This document shows, piece by piece, positions 20,780 to 29,255 of a stretch of DNA of 64,000 nucleotides. Under the pieces are notes generated by a model that was not told the DNA's origin, did no database searches, and saw only the letters and a list, made by a program, of their open reading frames with translations. The position numbers and the translations under genes are program-made. The stretch spans positions 8,256,001 to 8,320,000 of the forward strand of contig OZ244999.1 in the NCBI GenBank assembly GCA_965223265.1. Reading direction: 5' to 3'. Numbering within the stretch: the first letter of the stretch is position 1; each line of letters opens with the position of its first letter. Source of the DNA: Planctomycetota bacterium (GTDB lineage Bacteria; Planctomycetota; UBA8108; SXIK01).

Positions 20780-20856
20780 TGTCCGCTGCGCGTCGTACAA
20801 ACGAAGCCGTAAAATGAAGCCTTGGGGCTGCCGAGTCAGAAGATAGAGGAACTCAA

Positions 20857-23800
20857 ATGAACAATCGACGGATCCTCAGCGCTTTGCTCGCCGCCTGCGC
20901 TTTCTGTTTCTCGCTTTCCGCGACGGCGGCCGATTGCAACCGCAATGGCGTCGAGGATGCCGCCGACCTCACCGCCGGAACGAGCCAGGACTGTAACGCC
21001 AACCAGATTCCCGACGAGTGCGAACAAGCGCCGCTCGCGTTCGGTCTCGTCGAAGGTGATTACTCAGTGAGTGAGGGACCCGTCGCGGCGGTGAGCGGGG
21101 ATTTCGACGGGGATGGCCTGCTGGACATCGCGACCGGTAGCAAGGACAGCACCAACGTCTCGACGCTGACGGTGCTCCTTAGCCAGGGCGACAAAACGTT
21201 CGTGCACGCCGGGAACTTCGCAGCGGGTGAGCGGCTCGCGTCACTGGCGGCGGTCGATTGGGATGGAGACGGCGACGTCGATCTCGTCAGCGCAAATTCA
21301 TCCCTCGTGTCGACGTTCGCCAACAACGGCGACGGCACCTTTGGCGCGCCGCAGCAATACCCGGCACAGTCGAGCACGTCAGCCGCCACCGCCGCCGACA
21401 TCTCAGGCGATGGTCTTCCCGAGCTTCTCGCCGCCAGCGCGCTGCGCAGTAACGTCGGTGTCTACCCCAACCTGGGCGATGGCACCTTCGGTGAAGCCAC
21501 CCTCGTTCCAGTCGGCCGTCGACCGATCGCGATTTTCGCGGTTGATTTGAATGGTGACGGCGCGGTCGATGTGACGACGCTCAACCGCAACGACGCCAAT
21601 CTCTCGATTCTCGTCAACGACGGCGCCGGAGGGTTGATCGCGAACGACCCCGTCGCTTTCGAAGGATTGCCGACAGCCTACACAGTCGCCGACCTGAGCG
21701 GCGATGGCTTTCCCGACCTCGTCGCGGCCAATCGTGAACGTTTCAGCGTTTGGATCAACAACGGCGACGCCACGTTCGGTGTGCCGGCGACCCACGACGT
21801 TCCGACACACTCGCTCGCTGCGGGCGATCTTGACGGTGACGGCGATGTCGATGTGGCTGTCGGCTCGTTCGCGCAGTCGCACGTCCTTCTCTTCGACAAC
21901 GACGGCAAGGGGGTGCTGGAAGAGCGCGCCACCATCGTCACCGAATTCGACGCTCTTCTCTCAGAGCATCTCAGCGATCTTGACGGCGACGGCGCTGTCG
22001 ATCTGACGACGGTGCGTGAGCTTTTCTCTCGCGTTGACATTTTTTGGAACGGTGTTCCCGGCGCTTCCGCTGTGAGCCTTGATCCCGTCACCGTCGTGAT
22101 TGACCGCGAGCCCCACCACGTTAACTTGTTGGATGTTGATGGCGACGGCCACCTCGATGTCGTCTCGGGCAACGGTGACAACCGTTCGATCTCCGTCATG
22201 GTGAACCAAGGTGACGGTACGTTCGCGAGCGGGCGCGAGTTTCCCGTCGATGAGCCGAAGGATTTTATTCGGCTCGACTCGATCGACGGCGGTGATTTTG
22301 ACAACGACGGCGACGTTGACGTCCTCAGCGCCGATGCGTGGGGCGACGTGTTGCGGATTCACTTCAACGACGGTGACGGCAACTTCCCGACGTGGGACCT
22401 TTACGACGCTGGCCTGGGAACGGTGCGCGCCGAGACGGCTGATTTCGACAGCGACGGCGAGCTCGATCTCATGAGCGTCAACACTGAAGGCAACACGGTT
22501 ACCATCTACACCGGCGTTGGTGATGGCACGTTCAAGGATCGTCGCGACCTGCCGGTCGGCGTTGGTCCGTTCGCTCTCACCACGGTTGATCTCGACGGCG
22601 ATGGCCACGTCGACGCAGCCATCGCCAACCGGACGTCGTCGGACCTCTCGCTCCTCTACGGTAACGGCGACGGCACTTTCGCCGACGTTGTCAGTCTTGC
22701 GGTGAGCGGTGAGGCGCGCTCGGCGGTCGCCGCGGACCTCGACGACGACGGTATCCTCGACCTACTCACGGCCCATCGTTCGCGTGCTTCCATCTTCCGC
22801 GGCCTTGGTGGTCGCAGCTACGCACCCGCGCAGATCATCGTGTTCGAGCGGGACGTGCACACGGCGATCGCAACGGATGTCGACGTCGACGGCGTCTTGG
22901 ATATCGTGACCGCCAACGAGACGACGGACAGCATGTCAGTTCTTCTCGGTTTGGGAGGTGCGGAGTACCTGCCTCCGTTTCATCTCTTTGCCGGCGACGG
23001 ATTGCGATTTCTCCTCACCGACGATATCGATGCCGATGGCGACCTCGACGTGATCACCGGCAATCGTGTCGGCCGCGATCTCACTGTCTTTCGTAATCGA
23101 TTCGATACGCTCGTCGGCAGCGAAGATTTTTTGACATCCGTTTGCACTGCGCGCGACTTTCATCTCTACACTGTTCCCACCAACACGAGCAGTTTAGTGG
23201 AGCGTGCGGGCAAGTACATAACGCCTGCGCGGCCAGAAGACGGTGCGCTTTTGGAGACGACGTATCAGAACGTTCGTCGCTTCGCGCTGCACCAGGAGTT
23301 TTTGGCAGCGGTGTTCCCGGACCGCTTCCCGAGCCTCGGTGCGGAGGCTTACGCAGCGCTGACGGCACGGCGCGCCACGCGCGAGTACTACGCTGGTGTG
23401 ATCAACCGGCTTCGCCTACCGGGGAGCGAGAGCGAGTCGGGCGGGATCGCGTACGGCTTCACGGTGGTTGTGGACGGCTCTGACAGCACGGAGCTTCTGA
23501 GGCAGGAGGAGGTGGGGGCGGTGTACGCCGAGCTGCGCAAGACGTTCACGCTGGAGCCGCTGGGGTACTTCCCAGACACACCAGCGGCGCGCGATCGCGC
23601 CTCTGAGTGGAGCGGCGCGGAGTTTGAGATTTTCTTCGACACCACCAGCGGCCCTGTGGACTTCGAGGCGTACACCCAAGGTGTGGGCTTCGGGCGCCTG
23701 CGGGTGCTGACGGAAGAGGAACTGAGCGCTGCGAGTGAGACAGGGGAGATCAGCTTTCAGAACATCTTGGTCTTAGAGATCGCCCCACGGGACATCGAAG

Positions 23801-26301
23801 GAGTCTTCAGCGGCGTGGTGACAGGTCAGAGGCAAGTGGAGCTGAGTCACCTGGCGATCCGCACAGCGCGTCGAGGAACGCCGAACGCGTACGTCTCCGG
23901 GGCTTTGGAGGAGTTTCGGGAGTGGGACGGCCAGCTGGTTCGCCTAGAGGTGACAGCGGGGGGCTACACGATCCGCGCGGCGAGCCAGGAGGAGGCGGAG
24001 GAGCACTGGCGCACGAGCCGGCCAAGCCTGGAGGTAGCGCCGACGCTCGACAGCGAGTTCTCGGAGCTTTTGACGCTGGGAGAGATCGCGGAGCTGGAGT
24101 CGAGTGGTCTTTCGGGAGTGCCGCGCTTCGGGGGGAAGGCGACAAACCTCTCACGCCTGCAGGAGATTCTGACGGGGGAGTACGCCGAGTACCAGGAGAA
24201 GGGTTTTGCGATCCCGATGCGCTACTACGTGGAGTTCATGCGCGAGAACCGCCTGGAGTCTTTCCTCGACCGCAGTCGAGAGGTGACGTACGAGGAGTAC
24301 GTGCAGGAGCTTTTAGTGGATGAGAGCTTTCAGACGGACTCTCGCGTTCGCTTCGAAGCTCTGGACATGCTGCGCGATCACATGCGCGATGAGGGTGTTG
24401 TGCGCGCGGAGGTGATCGCGCTGGTGGCAGCGCGAGTGCGCGAGGTGATGGGCACAAGTGAGACAACGCGTGTGCGCTTTCGCTCGTCTTCGAACGTGGA
24501 GGACGACCTTCAGTTCAACGGCGCCGGTCTCTACAACTCAACGAGCGGGTGCCTAGCCGATGAGTTTGACGGCGATGAGGAGGGCCCGTCGCAGTGCGAC
24601 TCCGAGGAGACAAATGAGCGCACGATCACGCGCGCTCTGAAGCGGGTGTGGAGGAGTCTGTGGAACTTCCGGGCGTACGAGGAGCGAGAGTTTTTCGGGA
24701 TCGACCAAGAGATCGCGGCGATGGGGATCTTGGTGAACCGCACGTTCATAGGTGAGGCTTCTCAGGGAGTGGCGTTTACGGGGAACACGTCGAACATTCT
24801 CGATCGGCGCTACGTGGTGACGGCGCAGCTGGGTGAGGAGAGCGTGGTGAGCCCCGAGCCGGGTGTCTTAGCGGAGACGAACGTGCTGGAGCTTGTGGAA
24901 GGTGAAGTGGTGGAGGTGATCCGTGCGGTGCGCTCGACGCTAGTGGGTGAGGGTGAGGTGGTTCTCAGTGAGGGGCAGCTGGGTGAGCTTGGGCGCCTGA
25001 TGTGGCACATGGATGAGAACTTTCCTCTGGATCTGGGGCGTTTCGATCGCTCTCAGGTGCTGCTCGACGTTGAGTACAAGTTCATGAGCGACGGAGAGCT
25101 GGCGGTGAAGCAGGTGCGTCCGTTCCTTCTCTCGGAGCCTCCGCCGCCAACGCCGGAGTTCACGCTGGAGGTGCCCGAGGGCTTCGAGCTCTGTGGGGTG
25201 TTTCAAGAGGCGGGAGCACGGCGCGGACCGCTGGAGGAATATGAGCTCAAGAGCCGCATTCGTTTCGTCGGCGGTCCCATCGCGCTGCGGACGGATCGAG
25301 AGATCTTCGCCGCCGATTTGATCGACGAGCTGAGATTCGGTCCGAGTCAAGAGCTCGCCACGGCCGACGGCGCAGGAACGTTTCGCGTCAACCGGGTCGC
25401 CGGCCCAGGTGACGTGACGATCTATCGATTCACGTTCTTGCAGTCGTTCCGCCTCGCCGATGACCGACCGTTCGAACTCCGACTCCTCACGCCGCTTGAG
25501 TTCCGTGCGCGCGGCGACGAGCCGGTTGAAGCATCCTTGTTGTTCACGAATGAATTCTTCACGCAGCGACCGAATACCGAGGCATTTCAAGCGCGACTCG
25601 ACGGCAACTTCCTCGTCCACTACGGCGCCTGCAACTACGACCACCTGGACCTCCACCGAACGCGCGTCGAGCTCGAGGACGGCAGTACGCTGCGACTCGA
25701 CGAGCGCTTTCTCGAAGCCGACAGCGAGGTCGAAACCGGGCCGGCGGCTCTCATCGACGCAGTCGTCGTGATCGGCGGCACGCGTCAGCGCGTTACCGAC
25801 TATTGGCGCCTTGTCTACTCCGCTTTTCGCCACAACCAGGGCGTGCGCTATTGGGTGGTGCTCGATCCGCCGCTGAGCATTGAAAGCTTGGCACCGATTC
25901 ACGCCGTCGAGCTCAGAGCTGCGGAAGATAACCAGCCGGCGAGCGCCGCGTATCTCGGCGCCAGCTTAGAGGTGCTACGTGAAATTGGGGTGAGTGCGTT
26001 CGAGCGCACGCGCATCACGGAAGCGTCCGAGTTTGTTCGCGGCGACGCCAACAGCGACGGTCTCGTCGATGCCGCCGACGTGATTTTCATCCTGAACTAC
26101 ATCTTCCGCGACGGCGACCCGATCACCTGTCAAAGTGCGGCAGACGCGGACGACAATGGTCGACTCAACGTCTCGGACGCGATCGGTATCCTGCTGCGCC
26201 TCTTCGCCGGAGCGCCGCCGCTCCCCGCGCCATCCGACGCCTGTGGCGAGGATCCGACCGTCGACACGCTGAGCTGCGCATCCGCTCCAGCGTGCTTGTA
26301 G
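20857..26301 (+). CDS. Secreted FG-GAP/VCBS + PEP/pyruvate-binding domain + dockerin protein, copy 3
   Basis: GAGGA RBS and clear signal peptide MNNRRILSALLAACAFCFSLSATAA. Core 23188-25217 is nearly identical to copies 1 and 2; the C-terminal part and dockerin are homologous but divergent. Confidence 0.85.
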   Translation: MNNRRILSALLAACAFCFSLSATAADCNRNGVEDAADLTAGTSQDCNANQIPDECEQAPLAFGLVEGDYSVSEGPVAAVSGDFDGDGLLDIATGSKDSTNVSTLTVLLSQGDKTFVHAGNFAAGERLASLAAVDWDGDGDVDLVSANSSLVSTFANNGDGTFGAPQQYPAQSSTSAATAADISGDGLPELLAASALRSNVGVYPNLGDGTFGEATLVPVGRRPIAIFAVDLNGDGAVDVTTLNRNDANLSILVNDGAGGLIANDPVAFEGLPTAYTVADLSGDGFPDLVAANRERFSVWINNGDATFGVPATHDVPTHSLAAGDLDGDGDVDVAVGSFAQSHVLLFDNDGKGVLEERATIVTEFDALLSEHLSDLDGDGAVDLTTVRELFSRVDIFWNGVPGASAVSLDPVTVVIDREPHHVNLLDVDGDGHLDVVSGNGDNRSISVMVNQGDGTFASGREFPVDEPKDFIRLDSIDGGDFDNDGDVDVLSADAWGDVLRIHFNDGDGNFPTWDLYDAGLGTVRAETADFDSDGELDLMSVNTEGNTVTIYTGVGDGTFKDRRDLPVGVGPFALTTVDLDGDGHVDAAIANRTSSDLSLLYGNGDGTFADVVSLAVSGEARSAVAADLDDDGILDLLTAHRSRASIFRGLGGRSYAPAQIIVFERDVHTAIATDVDVDGVLDIVTANETTDSMSVLLGLGGAEYLPPFHLFAGDGLRFLLTDDIDADGDLDVITGNRVGRDLTVFRNRFDTLVGSEDFLTSVCTARDFHLYTVPTNTSSLVERAGKYITPARPEDGALLETTYQNVRRFALHQEFLAAVFPDRFPSLGAEAYAALTARRATREYYAGVINRLRLPGSESESGGIAYGFTVVVDGSDSTELLRQEEVGAVYAELRKTFTLEPLGYFPDTPAARDRASEWSGAEFEIFFDTTSGPVDFEAYTQGVGFGRLRVLTEEELSAASETGEISFQNILVLEIAPRDIEGVFSGVVTGQRQVELSHLAIRTARRGTPNAYVSGALEEFREWDGQLVRLEVTAGGYTIRAASQEEAEEHWRTSRPSLEVAPTLDSEFSELLTLGEIAELESSGLSGVPRFGGKATNLSRLQEILTGEYAEYQEKGFAIPMRYYVEFMRENRLESFLDRSREVTYEEYVQELLVDESFQTDSRVRFEALDMLRDHMRDEGVVRAEVIALVAARVREVMGTSETTRVRFRSSSNVEDDLQFNGAGLYNSTSGCLADEFDGDEEGPSQCDSEETNERTITRALKRVWRSLWNFRAYEEREFFGIDQEIAAMGILVNRTFIGEASQGVAFTGNTSNILDRRYVVTAQLGEESVVSPEPGVLAETNVLELVEGEVVEVIRAVRSTLVGEGEVVLSEGQLGELGRLMWHMDENFPLDLGRFDRSQVLLDVEYKFMSDGELAVKQVRPFLLSEPPPPTPEFTLEVPEGFELCGVFQEAGARRGPLEEYELKSRIRFVGGPIALRTDREIFAADLIDELRFGPSQELATADGAGTFRVNRVAGPGDVTIYRFTFLQSFRLADDRPFELRLLTPLEFRARGDEPVEASLLFTNEFFTQRPNTEAFQARLDGNFLVHYGACNYDHLDLHRTRVELEDGSTLRLDERFLEADSEVETGPAALIDAVVVIGGTRQRVTDYWRLVYSAFRHNQGVRYWVVLDPPLSIESLAPIHAVELRAAEDNQPASAAYLGASLEVLREIGVSAFERTRITEASEFVRGDANSDGLVDAADVIFILNYIFRDGDPITCQSAADADDNGRLNVSDAIGILLRLFAGAPPLPAPSDACGEDPTVDTLSCASAPACL
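23188..25217 (+). repeat. Long direct repeat, copy 3 (core only)
   Basis: Identity starts at AGCAGTTTAGTGGAGCG and ends abruptly after CAAGAGGCGGGAGC. Confidence 0.9.
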
Positions 26302-26306
26302 TCTTC

Positions 26307-26533
26307 AAAGTAGCAGGCACGCCCAGACTGTGAGATTCTTCGAGCGTGCCAGCGCAACTCACGGTCACGCTTCTCACACACCTCCGGTACGGCCCACGGC
26401 GTGTGCCTGCTACTATAGACACGCCAGACGATTTTCAAAGTAGCAGGCCCACGGCGTGTGCCGTCCGGGGATGTGCGCGAGTTACGACAGCACGTTGAGA
26501 TAACTCACGTCCCCGGCGTGCGCCTGCTGCTTT
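26307..26533. repeat. Cluster of GTAG-type REP-like palindromes in alternating orientation
   Basis: AAAGTAGCAGGCAC at 26307; inverted ACGGCCCACGGCGTGTGCCTGCTACT at 26389-26414; AAAGTAGCAGGCCCACGGCGTGTGCCGTCC at 26437-26466; degenerate inverted copy at about 26511-26533. Lies between convergent genes. Confidence 0.7.
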
Positions 26534-26572
26534 TCTTTCGCTCAGGCCATGCACCGCCGCTACTCACTCGAA

Positions 26573-29161
26573 TCACTCGTAGCGCCACTTGCGGCGCCAC
26601 GGGTCGCGCGTCTCTTCCTGAAAGGCGCGCAGCTTTGTCTTCAGCCGCGCCAGCACGTCGGTATGCTCTCGATCCTCTGCGAGGTTGTGAATCTCGTGCG
26701 GATCCTGCTCGAGGTCGTAGAGCTCCCACTCTGGTCGATGGCGATAGGCCTCGACCGTGCGCTTACCGTAGATCGCCTTCGGACCCTTGGCGTAAATGTC
26801 GAGCCACGTCGGTGACTCCCAGAGATCCGACGCCGACGGATACGTCAGACCGTAAGCGATGTTCCAGATGAGCTTGTAGCGGCGCTCTCGCACCACGCGC
26901 ATCGGGTAGTACATGGTGATCTCGTGGAAGGTGTGCGAAGCGTAGACTTCGTCCCAACCAGCGGGATTTTCCATGCCGATGACGCCCAGGAAGGATCGCC
27001 CTTGAAGCGGCGGCTCGGTCTGCGGTCGACCCCCGGCGTAGTCGAGGATCGTCGGCGTGAGGTCGACCCAGCTGATCATGGCGCGTGAGGTGATGCCTCG
27101 CTGTTTGACGCCCGGGTGGCGAATGATGCATGGCGAGCGCAGCCCGGGCTCGTAGCACGTCGTCTTGGCACCAGGGAAGGCGATGCCATGATCGGAGATG
27201 TAGATGAACAACGTGTTTTCCCAGTGGCCCGTTTGCTTGAGCAGTTCCATCAGGAGCCCGAGGCCTTGGTCGACACGCGAGACCGACTCGTAGTACTGCG
27301 CCAGCTCGGCTCGGCACACCGGTGTGTCTGGCAGATATGGCGGCACGACGACGTCCTGTGGCCGATAGGTCTGGCGCTCGACGCCCGGGTAGGTCTCGCC
27401 GCGCGGTTTGTTGCCGAATCGGTTTGGTGCGTGGGGCGCGTCTTTGAAGAATCCGCCGGAGCGATGTGGGTCGGCCGTGCAGAAGTAGAGAAAGAATGGA
27501 CGAGCGTCTTTCGCGCTGAGGAAACCGCGACAGTTTCGCGCCATTTCGACCGGGTTGCGGGCGCTTCCCGGTAGCGCGACGTCGAAGCGATACACATCCT
27601 CGGGTCCAACGTGATATTTGCCGATCCGCGCCGTGCGGTAGCCAGCTTCGGTGAGCAACACTGGGAGCGACTTGATGTCCCCGTATGTCCGAAAATGGTG
27701 GTAGGTGTGTTCGTGGCCGTACTGAGCGGTGCGGTGGTTGTAGAGGCCTGTGAGGATGACACTACGGCTGGCGCTGCAGCTCGCCGTCGTACAGAAAGCG
27801 TGAGTGAACAGCGTGCCGTCCGCCGCCAGCCGATCCATGTTGGGAGTTTTGATCGCGGGATTGCCGTAGCAGCCGGCATCTTGACCTTGATCGTCCGAGA
27901 CGACGAGGACGACGTTGCGCGTGGAGGGCTCCGCGGCGGGGGTTGGCTGCGCGCCGAAAACGAGACAAATCAGCGCCAGCGCCGCGATCGCCCAGGTTCC
28001 GGCGAGCTGACTAAAGATGTCCATAAGATCTCCCTTGAGTTCGATTCCAACCCCTGGCGCGTCCGGCACGCGCACCGTGCCGTCTACAATTGGCAGATCA
28101 TCGGCAAAGCCGCCGAACGGTTCGAACACGCCCGGATAGGACTCGCTGCCGCCGAGGCCGATCCCGGCCGCGACGTGAAGCGCCAATTGGTGTCCGCCGT
28201 GAGGTACGCAGCGCGAAAGCGACCAGCCGGACTCACGCAGCACGTCGACGGTCCGCAAGTACTCAACAAGGCCGTAACTGAGCGTTGGATCCATCTGCAG
28301 GATGTCTCGCTCAGGGTCGAGCCCGCCGTAGCGAATCAGATTGCGCGTGTCTTGATGCGAAAACAGGTTCTCGCCAGTTGCTAGTGGCGTCTTCGTTGCG
28401 GCCGCGACCTGCGCGAGCAGATCGTAGTCGAGCGGATCACCGGGTTCCTCATACCACTTGAGACCGAACGGCGCGAGCGCCTCGCCATAGGCGAGTGCGG
28501 TGTCGCGGTCGAATCGACCGTTGGCGTCGACGGCGAGTGCACTCCCGCTGCCCGCGATCTCAAGAGCGGCTTCAATGCGTTCGATGTCCTGCTCGAGAGG
28601 GACGCCGCCGATCTTGATCTTGAATTCGGTGTAACCTTGCTCGCGGTATCCTTCGAGTTCTTGGCGAAGTCCCTCGAGTTCTTTGCCGGGGTAGTAGTAG
28701 CCGCCGGCAGCGTAGATCGAAACGTGCTCGTCGGCCGCTCTGTCGCCGCCGCGCTCGGCGAGCACTTGGTAGAGCGGTTTTTCTTCAAGCTTGCCGACGA
28801 GATCCCACAGGGCCATGTCGATCGCACCGACGGCGACGCTGCGTTCACCGTGGCCGCCTGGCTTCTCGTTCTTCATCATCACATCCCACGCCTTGAACGG
28901 ATCGAAGTTGTCGCCTCTCTCCGTGAGGAGTTGTTCAGGGGCCGCAGCCAGGAGCCGTGGCACGAGCCGTCGACGCAGGATGTCACGCTGCGCATAGCGT
29001 CCGTTGGAATGAAAGCCGTAGCCGATGACACGCTTTCCGCTGCGTTCGACGTCCGTTATGATCGCAACAGCAGAGACCGTCATCTCCGCGAAGCTGATGA
29101 ACGCGTTGCTGATGGACGATCGAATCGACACGATTTCGTCGCGGATTTCGACAATTCTCAT
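26573..29161 (-). CDS. In-frame fusion of a mandelate racemase/enolase-superfamily enzyme (D-tartrate dehydratase-like) and a sulfatase (sulfamidase-like)
   Basis: N-half: GYGFHSNGRY, EKPGGHGERSVAVG, FKIKIGG, AVDANG, WYEEP, ATGEN, PHGGH. Hydrophobic linker AIAALALICLVFGAQPTPA. C-half: NVVLVVSDD, CSASRSVILTG, GYRTARIGKYHV, ELYDLEQDP. Start at MRIVEIRD. Confidence 0.8.
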   Translation of the reverse strand: MRIVEIRDEIVSIRSSISNAFISFAEMTVSAVAIITDVERSGKRVIGYGFHSNGRYAQRDILRRRLVPRLLAAAPEQLLTERGDNFDPFKAWDVMMKNEKPGGHGERSVAVGAIDMALWDLVGKLEEKPLYQVLAERGGDRAADEHVSIYAAGGYYYPGKELEGLRQELEGYREQGYTEFKIKIGGVPLEQDIERIEAALEIAGSGSALAVDANGRFDRDTALAYGEALAPFGLKWYEEPGDPLDYDLLAQVAAATKTPLATGENLFSHQDTRNLIRYGGLDPERDILQMDPTLSYGLVEYLRTVDVLRESGWSLSRCVPHGGHQLALHVAAGIGLGGSESYPGVFEPFGGFADDLPIVDGTVRVPDAPGVGIELKGDLMDIFSQLAGTWAIAALALICLVFGAQPTPAAEPSTRNVVLVVSDDQGQDAGCYGNPAIKTPNMDRLAADGTLFTHAFCTTASCSASRSVILTGLYNHRTAQYGHEHTYHHFRTYGDIKSLPVLLTEAGYRTARIGKYHVGPEDVYRFDVALPGSARNPVEMARNCRGFLSAKDARPFFLYFCTADPHRSGGFFKDAPHAPNRFGNKPRGETYPGVERQTYRPQDVVVPPYLPDTPVCRAELAQYYESVSRVDQGLGLLMELLKQTGHWENTLFIYISDHGIAFPGAKTTCYEPGLRSPCIIRHPGVKQRGITSRAMISWVDLTPTILDYAGGRPQTEPPLQGRSFLGVIGMENPAGWDEVYASHTFHEITMYYPMRVVRERRYKLIWNIAYGLTYPSASDLWESPTWLDIYAKGPKAIYGKRTVEAYRHRPEWELYDLEQDPHEIHNLAEDREHTDVLARLKTKLRAFQEETRDPWRRKWRYE

Positions 29162-29255
29162 CTCTTTCTGCTCGCTTGGGGATGTTGGTACTTGTTGAGG
29201 ATTTCGCTGTCGCTCGTGCAGACGGCGAAACGATACTAATGCTCGAGGGAAACCC

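Noticed and set aside
9597-26301. Diversity-generating retroelement explaining the near-identical repeats together with the Avd-like genes
   Set aside because: No reverse transcriptase in the window, repeats are kilobases long, and differences are mostly synonymous and not adenine-specific.
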